NCBI GenBank assembly: GCA_027081495.1
Contig: JALWKJ010000155.1
Coordinates: 1-44,865 of the forward strand
Reading direction: 5' to 3'
Origin: Campylobacterales bacterium
Lineage (GTDB): Bacteria > Campylobacterota > Campylobacteria > Campylobacterales > QNZT01
DNA length: 44,865 nucleotides
Each line of letters begins with the position of its first letter. Within the stretch, counting starts at the first letter, position 1. A program made the position numbers and the translations under genes. This document shows, piece by piece, positions 1-10,734 of this stretch. The notes below the pieces were generated by a model, which saw only the letters and a list, made by a program, of their open reading frames with translations, had not been told where the DNA came from and did not search any database.

Positions 1-78
1 TATAAAAAATCTAATATCTTATTTGAATATGTTTTACATATTTTAGAATATTATAATAGGTAAATATTTTTTTGATAT

Positions 79-1704
79 TCATGGATTAAAAAATCTTCTT
101 ATTTTACACACGCCATCTACGACCGTAAGTTTTTTGGAGCTGTTATATGTATGTATAGCCTTTACGCCGTTTATGAAATCGGGAGTTATTTCGCTCACAA
201 ACTCTTCTTTAAACTCTTTTGCGTTTAATTCAATTATTTTGTTGAAATTGGTACTATATCCGTATCCTCCGGCAGAATTTTGAGAAGGTCTATACAAATC
301 GCCTTTATATGATATTATTTTACCGGCGGGTCTTGATGTTCTTATATCCGAAATGATCGGATTTTTTTCATGCGCTATCCATTCGTCTTTTAAGAAATCA
401 TTACAATAATAGATATAAAGCTCTTCATTTAACGATTGTCCGCTTTTATCGATGATATTCGTAAATAACCACCATTTACCATCGTTAAAAAAGAGCGTGA
501 CATCAACCGCTTCGATATCTTTCATTAAAACTCTTTGAACCTCCCATTTGTATGGAAATTCTACAGCCTTGTAAAGTTTTACATCTTTATCCTTCGACCC
601 CTCGGGTATCATATATATCTCATTCTCATGCTCAAATATGAACGGATACGATTGATGATAATCAGTATCGATTACAACAGTCGGCTCGGAAAGTTTTTTA
701 TTGTCATGATTATACTCTATAACGGATATATGTCCTTTTTTTGTTTTGTAAACATAGTCTTCAAAAAATATATAACTTTTATTCTCTTTGTCTATGACAA
801 AAGGATCGGCCCAAAAAAAGGCGTTAGGAGTATTTATTTTTTTAAATTTACTCATATCTCTTTGAAAGGGATAATCTGTTTCATTTTCCGCAAAAAATAT
901 TGACCATTGAACTTTATAAAAAAGACGATCCAACCTACTTGCGATATTTTTATATAAAAGTTTGCATACGGGTTTTATCATCTCTAAATTCGAAGGACAT
1001 TTATCAATTTTGTCTTTAAAAAAATAGAGATTTTGCGATTTCTCTTTTATGAAAGCTTCCGGATTTTTTGCCAATCTCGTCAAATTTCGAGGAAGCATCA
1101 TGTGTGTTTTCCAACAAATTAGATTTTTATTGTTATACGCGGATAATTCATCGCAAACGCCGACAAACGAATCAATAGTATATCCGTTATTATCCGTATC
1201 GGGTAATTTTTCCAATGTCGTTTTTATCGTCAAATCACCCTCAAGAGTTTCCCAAAGACCCGCGAAATCTGAATGAGTTCCTCTTTTACCGTAAGAGTAC
1301 TCCCATATTCCATATTTTGCAACGGAAAGTATTTCGCCTTTTAGAACGGTATCGGCAAATTTTATAATCAAATCTACTTCATGCTTTTTTATTATGCTCA
1401 AATCTTCATCTTTTACATATTCACGACCGCTCTTGCTTGTTGTTTCTATATCCAGCGTCTTTATATTTAACTTTTTTAGACTTTTTGGCAATAAATAGTT
1501 TTTACCTCGTCCATAAATAAAACCGTCCGCCTTACTATAGAGTTTATATAAAAAACTTTGTTGCGATTCTAAACAGTTGGTTTGATTTACAACTAAAACC
1601 ATCTCAAATAAATCTGAATTTATAATAGTTTCAATTATTTCATATTCAAAAGCTTTGATTCTGTTTTGTTTTGCGTATAGTGCGATTTTTATTTTCTTGG
1701 GCAC
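79..1704 (-). CDS. Polysaccharide-locus protein: formyltransferase-like N-domain fused to a WADPF / beta-propeller-like C-domain
   Basis: 541-aa ORF. GTG start at 1704 has AGGAG 6 nt upstream. The N-terminal ~170 aa resemble the Formyl_trans_N fold (DLIIKF...GIWEYSYG) without an obvious N/H/D catalytic triad. The C-half has WADPF, YPF, GKWWLF and GGYGYS blade-like motifs, as in GINT1/GH43-like proteins. Confidence 0.55.
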   Translation of the reverse strand: MPKKIKIALYAKQNRIKAFEYEIIETIINSDLFEMVLVVNQTNCLESQQSFLYKLYSKADGFIYGRGKNYLLPKSLKKLNIKTLDIETTSKSGREYVKDEDLSIIKKHEVDLIIKFADTVLKGEILSVAKYGIWEYSYGKRGTHSDFAGLWETLEGDLTIKTTLEKLPDTDNNGYTIDSFVGVCDELSAYNNKNLICWKTHMMLPRNLTRLAKNPEAFIKEKSQNLYFFKDKIDKCPSNLEMIKPVCKLLYKNIASRLDRLFYKVQWSIFFAENETDYPFQRDMSKFKKINTPNAFFWADPFVIDKENKSYIFFEDYVYKTKKGHISVIEYNHDNKKLSEPTVVIDTDYHQSYPFIFEHENEIYMIPEGSKDKDVKLYKAVEFPYKWEVQRVLMKDIEAVDVTLFFNDGKWWLFTNIIDKSGQSLNEELYIYYCNDFLKDEWIAHEKNPIISDIRTSRPAGKIISYKGDLYRPSQNSAGGYGYSTNFNKIIELNAKEFKEEFVSEITPDFINGVKAIHTYNSSKKLTVVDGVCKIRRFFNP

Positions 1705-1736
1705 CTGTTTCTCCTGAGACGATAAAGATTTATCTA

Positions 1737-2840
1737 TTATTTTGTTATTTTATCCTGATAAAGTTTTCTGTATTTAGCCGCACATTTTTCTATAGTATAG
1801 TTATTATTAAAAAGATCGATAAGTTCATTTGAATCGATCTTTTTATCGTCAATTATTTTTTGAAGCGCCAAACAATAAGACTCAGGACTCATGTCTTTAG
1901 AAAGATAACCGGTTTTACCCTCTTTTATGATATCCGGTATGCCGCCTACGGGCGTTGAAACAGTGGGGATTCCCATAGAAAACGCTTCAAGTATCGTAAT
2001 AGGCATACCTTCGTAAATAGAAGAAAAACACAGCGCATCCGCTTCTTTGAGATAATCCGCTACATTATTTTTTTCGCCAAGTAGATGAATGCGATCCGTT
2101 GTTTTAATTTTTTCCCTGCACTCTTTCGTAAACTCGGGTATAACATCATAAGAGCCTAAAATAAGAAGATGCGCATCATACCCTTTTTTTAAAAGCAGCT
2201 CGAAAGCGTCGATAAGCAATCCCTGATTTTTTACATTAAAAAGCCTACCTATGCTTACAAATATTTTACTGTTCTCATTTTCTTTTAAATTTTCGATAAA
2301 TCTTTTTGTATCTTCATATTTTGGCGTAACACACAACGCTTTAGCGCCGTTGTCTATTTTAACATTGTACTTCTGCCCATACTCTTCTTTCATGGATCTA
2401 AGAACCATATCGCTTATCGCTACCGGTGTAAAATCAAAAAAATCATATAAGAACTTATATAGCTTTCTACGCGCTTTTGGAGTCTCTTTTTGAGCGACAC
2501 TATGGATCGTATGGATATTTGGCTTTCTCATCAACACAAGCGGCAACGCCGCAAAAAACTGAGCTCTAAGATGCGTATGGGTTATATCGGGCTTTTGAGA
2601 CAAAAGCATTTTAAATATTTTCCAAATGATTTTAGGACTATTTGTTACTTTATCAAGGCAGACAAATTTTACATTTGGATTGATTTTGCCAAACATGATC
2701 TTTTGTTTGTCGTTCATTTTTTCCAATGAACATAAAACTACCTCATCCTCGGGGTTTTTAGCCAATTCATTACAAATATCGACACAAAAATTTTGAGCCC
2801 CTCCCGTATGAAGATCAGGAGTGATATGAACTATTTTCAT
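1737..2840 (-). CDS. Glycosyltransferase family 4 (GT-B)
   Basis: C-terminal EGMPITILEAFSMGIPTVSTPVGGIPDII is the classic GT4 E-x7-E region. I prefer the ATG at 2840 (MKIVHITPD) because AGGAGG lies 6 nt upstream; the ORF track extends to 2858. Confidence 0.85.
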   Translation of the reverse strand: MKIVHITPDLHTGGAQNFCVDICNELAKNPEDEVVLCSLEKMNDKQKIMFGKINPNVKFVCLDKVTNSPKIIWKIFKMLLSQKPDITHTHLRAQFFAALPLVLMRKPNIHTIHSVAQKETPKARRKLYKFLYDFFDFTPVAISDMVLRSMKEEYGQKYNVKIDNGAKALCVTPKYEDTKRFIENLKENENSKIFVSIGRLFNVKNQGLLIDAFELLLKKGYDAHLLILGSYDVIPEFTKECREKIKTTDRIHLLGEKNNVADYLKEADALCFSSIYEGMPITILEAFSMGIPTVSTPVGGIPDIIKEGKTGYLSKDMSPESYCLALQKIIDDKKIDSNELIDLFNNNYTIEKCAAKYRKLYQDKITK

Positions 2841-3996
2841 ACTCATCCTCCTTTTCATTCATCGAGATGACAAATATCGCGTTTGCCAATAAGGCCAAAC
2901 TCATCCAAAAATATTTTTCATAAGTTATAGAAAGAGTCAAACCCATAAAAAGATTAGCATACACCACCAAACTAAGCCAATAATAGTCACTTTTAAGTAT
3001 AGCTAAAAACTTTGTTTTCAATAAAACATAAATAAATATCAAAAAAGCTACAAAAGGGAAAAAGCCCGTTTCGGCAAAAATCTTTACCAAAATATTATGT
3101 GGAGCGAGCGAACCTTCGGCAATAAAGTCAACCGCATATTTCCTGGCATACTTTTCATAATTGTCAACTCCCACGCCCAATATAAAATTATCCTGTATCA
3201 TTCTGCTTCCGGCCTTCCATGAAATAAATCGTTCATGGGCGGTACCTAGATTGCCGGCTCTCTCCTGCATACCTTTGATGGCCGTCATTTTGGAAAAATC
3301 GTATTGAGCCGCGAATATTCCGGCGATCAGGAGTAAAACTATCACTTTAAATGAAAAAAGCTTTTTAAGTAAAAAACTAAATCTTACAAAAATCGTATAT
3401 ATTACCAATAACGCCAAAGCCAACATTGCCGTTCTTGAACCGGCATAAAGCAAAGCATACAAAAAAAGTAACGATGTCGATAACAAAACAAACAGATTTT
3501 TATGTTTTTGAAATAGATATATTCCGATCCCCAACCCCGTCAAAAGATGGACGGAAAATTCGTTTTGATCGTTTGTACCGCCTGAAATTCTATATGTCCA
3601 CTGATCTGAAGGTTCATTAAAAAGAGATATTATAGCCGATATAATAACTGCCGTCCATACGAAATAAAGCAGCTTATCCAAGTTTGGATAGCGGCTTAAA
3701 TAGACAAATACCACACTTATCGCGATAATAACCTGCAATCCTTTTATCAAAGTAGTATAACCGAGCAATGCATTTATCAAAACCGAAATAGACAAAACAA
3801 CGATAAAAAGATAAAAAAATCTCATAACATTATTTGTCGGAGATTTAAACGCAAGAATAATATCTTTAATATACACTAAAATAAACAGACCGAATATTAT
3901 TTTCAAGGAATTTTCACCGGCTAAATCAACGACAAAATCATCATTTATAAAACTAACAATCAGCAAAAATAAAACAATATCTTTTAGCAACCGCAT
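2815..3996 (-). CDS. O-antigen polymerase/ligase family (Wzy/WaaL-like) polytopic membrane protein
   Basis: 393 aa with about 10 hydrophobic segments. Has a Wzy_C-like AGSRTAMLALALLVIY motif followed by a large loop. Lies between glycosyltransferase and sugar-nucleotide genes. Confidence 0.7.
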   Translation of the reverse strand: MRLLKDIVLFLLIVSFINDDFVVDLAGENSLKIIFGLFILVYIKDIILAFKSPTNNVMRFFYLFIVVLSISVLINALLGYTTLIKGLQVIIAISVVFVYLSRYPNLDKLLYFVWTAVIISAIISLFNEPSDQWTYRISGGTNDQNEFSVHLLTGLGIGIYLFQKHKNLFVLLSTSLLFLYALLYAGSRTAMLALALLVIYTIFVRFSFLLKKLFSFKVIVLLLIAGIFAAQYDFSKMTAIKGMQERAGNLGTAHERFISWKAGSRMIQDNFILGVGVDNYEKYARKYAVDFIAEGSLAPHNILVKIFAETGFFPFVAFLIFIYVLLKTKFLAILKSDYYWLSLVVYANLFMGLTLSITYEKYFWMSLALLANAIFVISMNEKEDEYENSSYHS

Positions 3997-4032
3997 GAAA
4001 CTTCCTTATTCGCTTTTATTCGCATTGAAATA

Positions 4033-5259
4033 TTATAAGACGGGAATTCTTTTCCTTACATTCAATTTACAAAATGTCAAGACCTCTTTCGTATCGTCTA
4101 TCTCAATCTCTTTAAACTCTTTGTGTCCTACCAAAAATACTACTATATCCGCTTCATCAATCGCCTTTTTATAATCAACGATTTCAAATTCCGAATACGA
4201 TTTGATATTTGGCTCGACAGCTAAGACTTTTATCGACTCGCTTATCAATCTTTTAGTGATATAAAGTGCGGGCGACTCTCTAAGATCATCTATGTCGGGT
4301 TTGAAAGCCAATCCCATACAAGCGACTTTCGCTTTTCGCTTTTCACGATTTTCAAATTTCAACGCGGCGTTTTTTATTTTTTCGACTACCCACTGCGATT
4401 TATAGTCGTTTACTTCCCTTGCGGATTTTATAATCTTCGCGTCGCCTTTTGCCGCATCCACGATAAACCAGGGATCAACGGCGATGCAGTGACCTCCGAC
4501 GCCGCATCCGGGTTGCAAAATATTTACTCTAGGATGTCTGTTCGCAAGATCGATCAACTCCCATACATTGATTCCAAACTTATCGCTTAACATCGAAAGT
4601 TCATTCGCAAAAGCGATATTTACATCTCTAAAGCTATTTTCGGTAAGCTTTGCCATCTCCGCCGTTCTTGCATCGGTTTGAAGCACTTCGCCTTTAACGA
4701 AACTTTTATAAAATTCGACAGTCGCTTTTGTCGCTTCTTTTGTCGTTCCGCCGACTATTCTGTCATTGTGTACAAGCTCATGCATAATTTTTCCCGGCAA
4801 TACTCTCTCGGGACAATGAGCAAAATGTATTTTGGAAGTATCGATACCCTCTTTTCTTAAGGTCTCTTCCATCAAGTCGGTTGTGCCTACGGGTGAAGTC
4901 GATTCTAAAATAACTATATTTTCGTTTTTAACATACGGCGCTATACTTTTTGTCGCATTTACTATATAATCGACATTTGGCACATGACCGTCTTTAAACG
5001 GCGTGGGAACCGCTATTATAAATATATCCGCTTCGACCGGCTTTGTGTCGGCTACGAGATTTCCCGAATTTACGGCCGACTGCACAAATGTATCAAGGTC
5101 TGGCTCGACTATATGGATTTTCCCCTGATTGATAATATCAACCGTCTCTTGAACAACATCCACTCCATGAACTTTATATCCGCGGTTAGCGAGTAGTGAA
5201 GCGGTAGGAAGACCTATATAGCCTAAACCCATTACGCAAATTTTTTCAATTTTCATCAT
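4033..5259 (-). CDS. wecC: UDP-N-acetyl-D-mannosamine dehydrogenase
   Basis: N-terminal Rossmann motif VMGLGYIGLPTA and the UDP-glucose/GDP-mannose dehydrogenase family core (GGHCI catalytic Cys region). Directly downstream of wecB. Confidence 0.85.
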   Translation of the reverse strand: MMKIEKICVMGLGYIGLPTASLLANRGYKVHGVDVVQETVDIINQGKIHIVEPDLDTFVQSAVNSGNLVADTKPVEADIFIIAVPTPFKDGHVPNVDYIVNATKSIAPYVKNENIVILESTSPVGTTDLMEETLRKEGIDTSKIHFAHCPERVLPGKIMHELVHNDRIVGGTTKEATKATVEFYKSFVKGEVLQTDARTAEMAKLTENSFRDVNIAFANELSMLSDKFGINVWELIDLANRHPRVNILQPGCGVGGHCIAVDPWFIVDAAKGDAKIIKSAREVNDYKSQWVVEKIKNAALKFENREKRKAKVACMGLAFKPDIDDLRESPALYITKRLISESIKVLAVEPNIKSYSEFEIVDYKKAIDEADIVVFLVGHKEFKEIEIDDTKEVLTFCKLNVRKRIPVL

Positions 5260-5262
5260 TTT

Positions 5263-6396
5263 TCATTTCCCTTTTAAAAAAAGTACGATTCTCTCACAGG
5301 CTCTACCGTCTCCATAAGGATTATGCGATTTGGACATAATTTCGTAAGCGTCTTTATCTTCAAAAAGCATTTTGCATGCGTTGATAATATCGTTTTTATT
5401 CGTTCCGACCAGTTTTACCGTGCCGGCTTCCACGGCTTCGGGTCGCTCCGTAGTCTCGCGCATGACCAAAACTGGTTTTCCGAGACTTGGAGCTTCTTCC
5501 TGTATGCCGCCGCTGTCGGTCAAAATAAAATAGGATTGATTCATCAAGTAAACAAACGGCTCATAATCAAGAGGATCTATCAAAAAAACATTATCCACAT
5601 TAGATAATATCTCTTTAACAGGTTTTTGAACATTCGGATTTAGATGTACCGGATATACTATATCCGCGTTAGGATATAAAAGAGCTATATCCTTTAGAGC
5701 TTCGCAAATATTTAAAAATCCCTGACCGAAATTTTCTCTTCTATGTCCCGTTACGAGAATAAGCTTTTTATCACTGTTTACCACATATCCTTTTTTTGCG
5801 ACAAACTCCCAAAGTTTTTTTTCAAGATCTTTGTCTGATTCGATTTTAGATACGACACTTACAAGCGCGTCTATCACCGTATTGCCTGTTACGATTACAT
5901 TTTCTATATCGACATTTTCTTTTATGAGATTAGTTTTGCTCTCTTTTGTCGGAGCGAAATGATAAGTTGCCAATCTGCCCGTCACTTGCCTATTTCCCTC
6001 TTCGGGCCAAGGAGAATATACATTTCCGGTTCTAAGTCCGGCTTCTATATGACCGACTGCGATTTTTTGATAAAACGCGGCAAGAGATGTTGCGAGAGTA
6101 GTCGTCGTATCTCCGTGAACCAATACGATATCGGGCTTAACATCTTCAAAAACTTTTTGAAGCCCCAAAAGTATATTGGCGGTAACTTCATAAAGATTTT
6201 GTCCCGGTTTCATGATGTTTAAATCATAATCCGGTTCGATATCAAATAGATCCAGTACCTGATCTAGCATTTGTCGATGCTGGGCTGTAACGCATACTAT
6301 GGTTTTAAATTCATCTTCTTTTTCAAAAGCCTTAACCAGCGGCGCCATTTTTATCGCTTCGGGTCTAGTGCCGAAAACGAGCATCACTTTTTTCAT
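5263..6396 (-). CDS. wecB: UDP-N-acetylglucosamine 2-epimerase (non-hydrolysing)
   Basis: [23 protein letters not shown]-like (HIEAGLRTG) and [21 protein letters not shown] motifs. The ATG at 6396 forms an ATGA overlap with the galE stop; the ORF-track start at 6411 is a GTG. Confidence 0.9.
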   Translation of the reverse strand: MKKVMLVFGTRPEAIKMAPLVKAFEKEDEFKTIVCVTAQHRQMLDQVLDLFDIEPDYDLNIMKPGQNLYEVTANILLGLQKVFEDVKPDIVLVHGDTTTTLATSLAAFYQKIAVGHIEAGLRTGNVYSPWPEEGNRQVTGRLATYHFAPTKESKTNLIKENVDIENVIVTGNTVIDALVSVVSKIESDKDLEKKLWEFVAKKGYVVNSDKKLILVTGHRRENFGQGFLNICEALKDIALLYPNADIVYPVHLNPNVQKPVKEILSNVDNVFLIDPLDYEPFVYLMNQSYFILTDSGGIQEEAPSLGKPVLVMRETTERPEAVEAGTVKLVGTNKNDIINACKMLFEDKDAYEIMSKSHNPYGDGRACERIVLFLKGK

Positions 6397-7373
6397 ATTT
6401 TCTTTTCCCACTCCAATCCTGTTTTGCAGATAAGCTCAAGGTCGTCATATTCGGGCGTCCACTTCATGACATCTCTAATTTTGCTGTTATCCGATATAAG
6501 TATCGCGGGATCCCCCGCTCTTCTTTCTTTAAGCTCAACGGGAAAATCGATACCGCTTACTTTTTTCATTGTCTCTAAAACTTCCTTAACGCTAAAGCCA
6601 TGCCCGTAACCGCAGTTAAAAACCCCGCTTTCTTGAGAATCTTCAAGGTACTCCAAAGCTTTAATATGAGCTGAAGCCAAATCTTCGACATGAATATAAT
6701 CACGAATACAGGTACCGTCTTGCGTCGGATAGTTGTCTCCGAATATATACATCTTTTTTCGCTTACCAAGCGCGGTTTCAGCCGCTACCTTTATAAGCAA
6801 AGTCGCATCTTTTGTCGATTGACCTATTTTGCCGTCAACACTCGCGCCGGCGACATTAAAATATCTAAGCGCAACATAATTAAAATCTTCATAAGCGTTT
6901 GCCGTGTCTCTTAATACCGTTTCACTCATAAGTTTACTGCTTCCGTACGGATTGATAGGAGAAGTCATACTCTCTTCGGTAACGGGAATCATCTCAATCG
7001 GAGGCTCGCCATATACGGCGGCGGTAGATGAAAATATAAATTTATTCACGCCGTTTAAAACACACTGTTTTATCAAATGAGCGGTATTTGCGGTGTTGTT
7101 TAGATAATACTTTAAAGGATTTTCCACACTCTCGGGCACGACGAGACTAGCGGCAAAGTGTATAACGGCGTCCAACTCGTTTTCTTTGAAAATTTTTTCT
7201 ATTTGCTCAAAATCGCTTAAATCCGCATTTATAAAATCTCCATATAAAATCGACTCTTTAAAACCTGTTACAAGATTATCTAAAACGATAATCTTATGAT
7301 CGGTTCGTTCTCCGAGTTGTTTGACTACATGACTGCCTATATAGCCCGCTCCTCCCGTTACCAGAATATTCAT
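6393..7373 (-). CDS. galE: UDP-glucose / UDP-GlcNAc 4-epimerase (SDR family)
   Basis: [15 protein letters not shown] Rossmann motif, YGSSK catalytic YxxxK, length 326 aa. Confidence 0.85.
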   Translation of the reverse strand: MNILVTGGAGYIGSHVVKQLGERTDHKIIVLDNLVTGFKESILYGDFINADLSDFEQIEKIFKENELDAVIHFAASLVVPESVENPLKYYLNNTANTAHLIKQCVLNGVNKFIFSSTAAVYGEPPIEMIPVTEESMTSPINPYGSSKLMSETVLRDTANAYEDFNYVALRYFNVAGASVDGKIGQSTKDATLLIKVAAETALGKRKKMYIFGDNYPTQDGTCIRDYIHVEDLASAHIKALEYLEDSQESGVFNCGYGHGFSVKEVLETMKKVSGIDFPVELKERRAGDPAILISDNSKIRDVMKWTPEYDDLELICKTGLEWEKKI

Positions 7374-7374
7374 C

Positions 7375-8517
7375 CTAATTCTCCTTTAACAGTTTGTTGA
7401 CTATATCGACCATTTTCATGCTTTGTTTTTCGCGAATAAAATTAGCCTGAATAAATTTTTTATTGTTCACCGAAAGCGCGATCGGCTTATCTTTATACTT
7501 CTTAATCGCCACCTCTATCGCTTTTACATCTCCGGGGTTTATAGTAGTACAATTTTCGAGCCTATTTATAAAACTTCTCGCTTCACCCAGACCCGCATAG
7601 ATTATAGGCAATCCCGTTGAGGCGTATTCGTAAAGTTTCGACGGCATGGCGGCTTTGAATTTTTCATCCAGCTGCGCAAAAAGCACGGAAGTTTGTTCAT
7701 AAAACTTTATAATTTCATCTCGATTCACTTTACCGTAAAAAGTGATATTAGTGATTTGGTTTTTTCTGGCATAATTTTTCAATTCCAGATATTTGTTTCC
7801 CTCACCGATAATATTTATTTTAATATCTTTTATTTTTTTAGCAATATCAACTAGCACTTTTATATTTTGGGCGATTCCTACATTTCCTATGTATGTTAGA
7901 GTAAAAGGTTTGACCTCTTTTTCTTTAAGAGCGTTAAGTTCGGTAAATTTGAACGATTCTATTCCGTTAGTAATTTTTTCGACTTTGGCATTTGGAATAT
8001 TTGAGACTATCCATTTATATTCATGCGTATTGGTTACGGTAACATAATCGTATAGTTTTATAGTCTGTTTCATAAAAACCGTTATAACTTTTTTAACGAG
8101 TTTATTATATAAAGAGTTCTCGTCGATATATTCCCAAACAAGATCTCTTATATCAATAATTTTCTTTCCCCGTGAAAACATTCCGGCGGAGGGGATTATG
8201 AACATTTGAGGAGATGTCGCGATTATTATATCCGAGGGAAACATATTTGATTTAAGCGCCAGCTTTATCGCATAATAAAACTCATGAACCGCTCTGGTAT
8301 AAAATTTTTCACTATCGTAATTTTTTTGATGAATATAATATACATTGACATTATCGCTAAATTTTATTATATCCGCAGGTTTTTTCCCTTTTTCACTAAT
8401 ACAGATAACATTTATTTTATAGTTTTTTTCAAGCTCTTTAACCAGCGCCAATATACGATTGGTACCCGCGCAATTTTCAGGTATAAAATTCCCGGTCAAA
8501 AAATTTATCGTTTTCAT
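7375..8517 (-). CDS. Glycosyltransferase family 4 (WbuB-like)
   Basis: 380 aa with GT-B architecture and a C-terminal PSKLYEYASTGLPIIYAG acceptor/donor region. First gene of the minus-strand polysaccharide operon, downstream of a 220-bp AT-rich intergenic region. Confidence 0.75.
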   Translation of the reverse strand: MKTINFLTGNFIPENCAGTNRILALVKELEKNYKINVICISEKGKKPADIIKFSDNVNVYYIHQKNYDSEKFYTRAVHEFYYAIKLALKSNMFPSDIIIATSPQMFIIPSAGMFSRGKKIIDIRDLVWEYIDENSLYNKLVKKVITVFMKQTIKLYDYVTVTNTHEYKWIVSNIPNAKVEKITNGIESFKFTELNALKEKEVKPFTLTYIGNVGIAQNIKVLVDIAKKIKDIKINIIGEGNKYLELKNYARKNQITNITFYGKVNRDEIIKFYEQTSVLFAQLDEKFKAAMPSKLYEYASTGLPIIYAGLGEARSFINRLENCTTINPGDVKAIEVAIKKYKDKPIALSVNNKKFIQANFIREKQSMKMVDIVNKLLKEN

Positions 8518-8739
8518 TTATAGCACTGTAACCTTTTTAGCAAATCCAAGTTTTTTACTACTTTAATGTATTAAATATAATATATAAATAGTTTTTTGTT
8601 TCAGGTTAGAAACTAAAGAACTATAACTATAAAACTAATTAATCTTTATTTTATATCATTTTCGTAACATTAAATTTTACAAAAAATAATAAGTTATTTA
8701 AATATAACTGAAATAACAACAAATATATTTCACATATAA

Positions 8740-10722
8740 TTATATCTTACAATTTGTTACACTTTCGTCTTTATATGGTAAATTAAGTAGATTGCATACA
8801 CTTTTTTGGATATTTTTAACCGTAAAGCCGTAATGCTTAAAAAGTTCGTTCGCATCGCCGCTGGCGCCAAAACTCTTCATTCCCAATACCTTATCGGCAT
8901 ATTTGTACCATTCGATCGCACTCGCCGCCTCGACCGCCAATACTTTTGTATCGGTATCGATAACCTCTTTTTTATACTCCTCGTCTTGCTCTTCAAAAAG
9001 TTCCATACAAGGTACGCTGACTATGTTCGCATTTATTCCCGACGCTTCAAGATGACATCCCGCTTGAAGAGACGGCATCACTTCGCTGCCGGTGGCGATG
9101 ATGGTAACAACCGCGTTTTTTCTTTTTTTTATCAAATATCCGCCCCTGCTCGCATCTCCAAAATCGATTTTTGCTTTTAAAGTTTTAAGCTTCTGACGGC
9201 TTAAAACAAATGCGCTCGGAGCATCGAGCTCAAGCGCCTTTTTCCAGCATATAACATTTTCCGTAGCGTCTGCCGGTCTAAAAACATAAAGATTCGGTAA
9301 CGCGCGAAACTGACTTAAATGCTCGACGGGCTGATGCGTAGGACCGTCTTCTCCCACACCGATACTATCATGAGTCCAGACAAAAAATGTTTTTAGCCTC
9401 ATAAGGGCGGCAAGTCTCACGGCGGGCTTAAGATAATCGCTAAAGACAAAAAATGTCGCGCAAAACGGCATAAACAACCCATATAAACTTATAGCGTTAC
9501 ATATCGCTCCCATAGAGTGTTCGCGAATTCCAAAGTGAAAGTTTTTTCCGTTTGGAAAATTTCCCATATTTTCAAGATGGGTTTTATTTGACGGAGATAG
9601 ATCCGCGCTTCCTCCGATAAACCCCGCAAGAGCTCTTGATATAGCGTTTAATATCTTATGATTACTGTCTCTTGTGGCAACCATGCCGCCCTCGTCAAAT
9701 GTAGGCCATGATATTTTTGAATAATCGGGATTTTGCAAAATATTCAAAGCTTCGTTTTGCTCTTTCAAAGGAGCTTCGCTTAAAAGCTTTTTCCACTCTC
9801 TCTCGTAAAGCTCCCCTTTTTCCACTGCGCACCTAAATCTAATCATAACTTCATCGGGAATAAAAAAATGCTCGTCAGGATCGAACCCGGCTTTGATTTT
9901 TGATTTTTTTATCTCTTCTTCGCCCAGCGGAGCGCCGTGAGTATGCGCCTGCCCTTCCATCGTAGCCGAACCTTTCGCTATAATCGTTTTTGCTATGATA
10001 AGCACGGGCTTTGACTGAGAGGCGTTTATCTCACTAAATGCAAAATCTATTTCGCCGTAATCATGTCCGTCTATTTTATAAACTTTCCATCCTTGGGCTT
10101 CAAAGCGTTGTTTAATATTTTCGCTTAAAGCTATTTGAGTATCGCCTTCGATAGTGATTTCATTAGAGTCGTAAATTAAAACAAGATTATCAAGCCCATG
10201 ATGTCCCGCGAGCGACGCCGCCTCATAACTAATACCCTCTTCTAAATCGCCGTCGCCGCAAAAACAATAGACCTTATGATCTATTATCGAAGCCGTTTCA
10301 CTATTTAAAAGTTTTGCCGCATATTTTGACGCCATTGAAAAACCGACGGCGTTTGCCACTCCTTGCCCTAGAGGTCCGGTTGTGACTTCTACGCCCGGTA
10401 CTTCACCGAATTCGGGATGACCGGGAGTCTTTGAGCCAAATTGCCTGAACTTTTTTAAATCTTCAAGGCTTAAATCGTATCCCCATACATGAAGCAACGA
10501 GTATATCAAAGCGCTCACATGTCCTCCGCTAAAAACGAGTCTATCGCGATTGATCCATTTTGGATTTTTGGGATTGTGTTTTAGATAAAAACTTAAAACC
10601 GTAGCTATATCCGCCAGCCCCATCGCCGCTCCGGGATGTCCGCTATTGGCCCTTTGGATCATGTCAGCTGACAAAAACCTGAGCGTATTTGCCATTTGTG
10701 ACAATATCTGCTTATCTTCCAT
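8740..10722 (-). CDS. tkt: Transketolase
   Basis: 660 aa with RFLSADMIQRANSGHPG and GDGDLEEGISYEA (TPP-binding) motifs, plus the C-terminal transketolase domain. Confidence 0.95.
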   Translation of the reverse strand: MEDKQILSQMANTLRFLSADMIQRANSGHPGAAMGLADIATVLSFYLKHNPKNPKWINRDRLVFSGGHVSALIYSLLHVWGYDLSLEDLKKFRQFGSKTPGHPEFGEVPGVEVTTGPLGQGVANAVGFSMASKYAAKLLNSETASIIDHKVYCFCGDGDLEEGISYEAASLAGHHGLDNLVLIYDSNEITIEGDTQIALSENIKQRFEAQGWKVYKIDGHDYGEIDFAFSEINASQSKPVLIIAKTIIAKGSATMEGQAHTHGAPLGEEEIKKSKIKAGFDPDEHFFIPDEVMIRFRCAVEKGELYEREWKKLLSEAPLKEQNEALNILQNPDYSKISWPTFDEGGMVATRDSNHKILNAISRALAGFIGGSADLSPSNKTHLENMGNFPNGKNFHFGIREHSMGAICNAISLYGLFMPFCATFFVFSDYLKPAVRLAALMRLKTFFVWTHDSIGVGEDGPTHQPVEHLSQFRALPNLYVFRPADATENVICWKKALELDAPSAFVLSRQKLKTLKAKIDFGDASRGGYLIKKRKNAVVTIIATGSEVMPSLQAGCHLEASGINANIVSVPCMELFEEQDEEYKKEVIDTDTKVLAVEAASAIEWYKYADKVLGMKSFGASGDANELFKHYGFTVKNIQKSVCNLLNLPYKDESVTNCKI

Positions 10723-10734
10723 TAAATACTTTCC

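Noticed and set aside
8518-8739. 222-bp very AT-rich spacer between tkt and the polysaccharide operon as a possible small gene or sRNA
   Set aside because: There is no ORF with an RBS and no convincing stem-loops beyond a 5-bp GTTTC/GAAAC hairpin. It most likely holds only the promoter region of the glycan operon.
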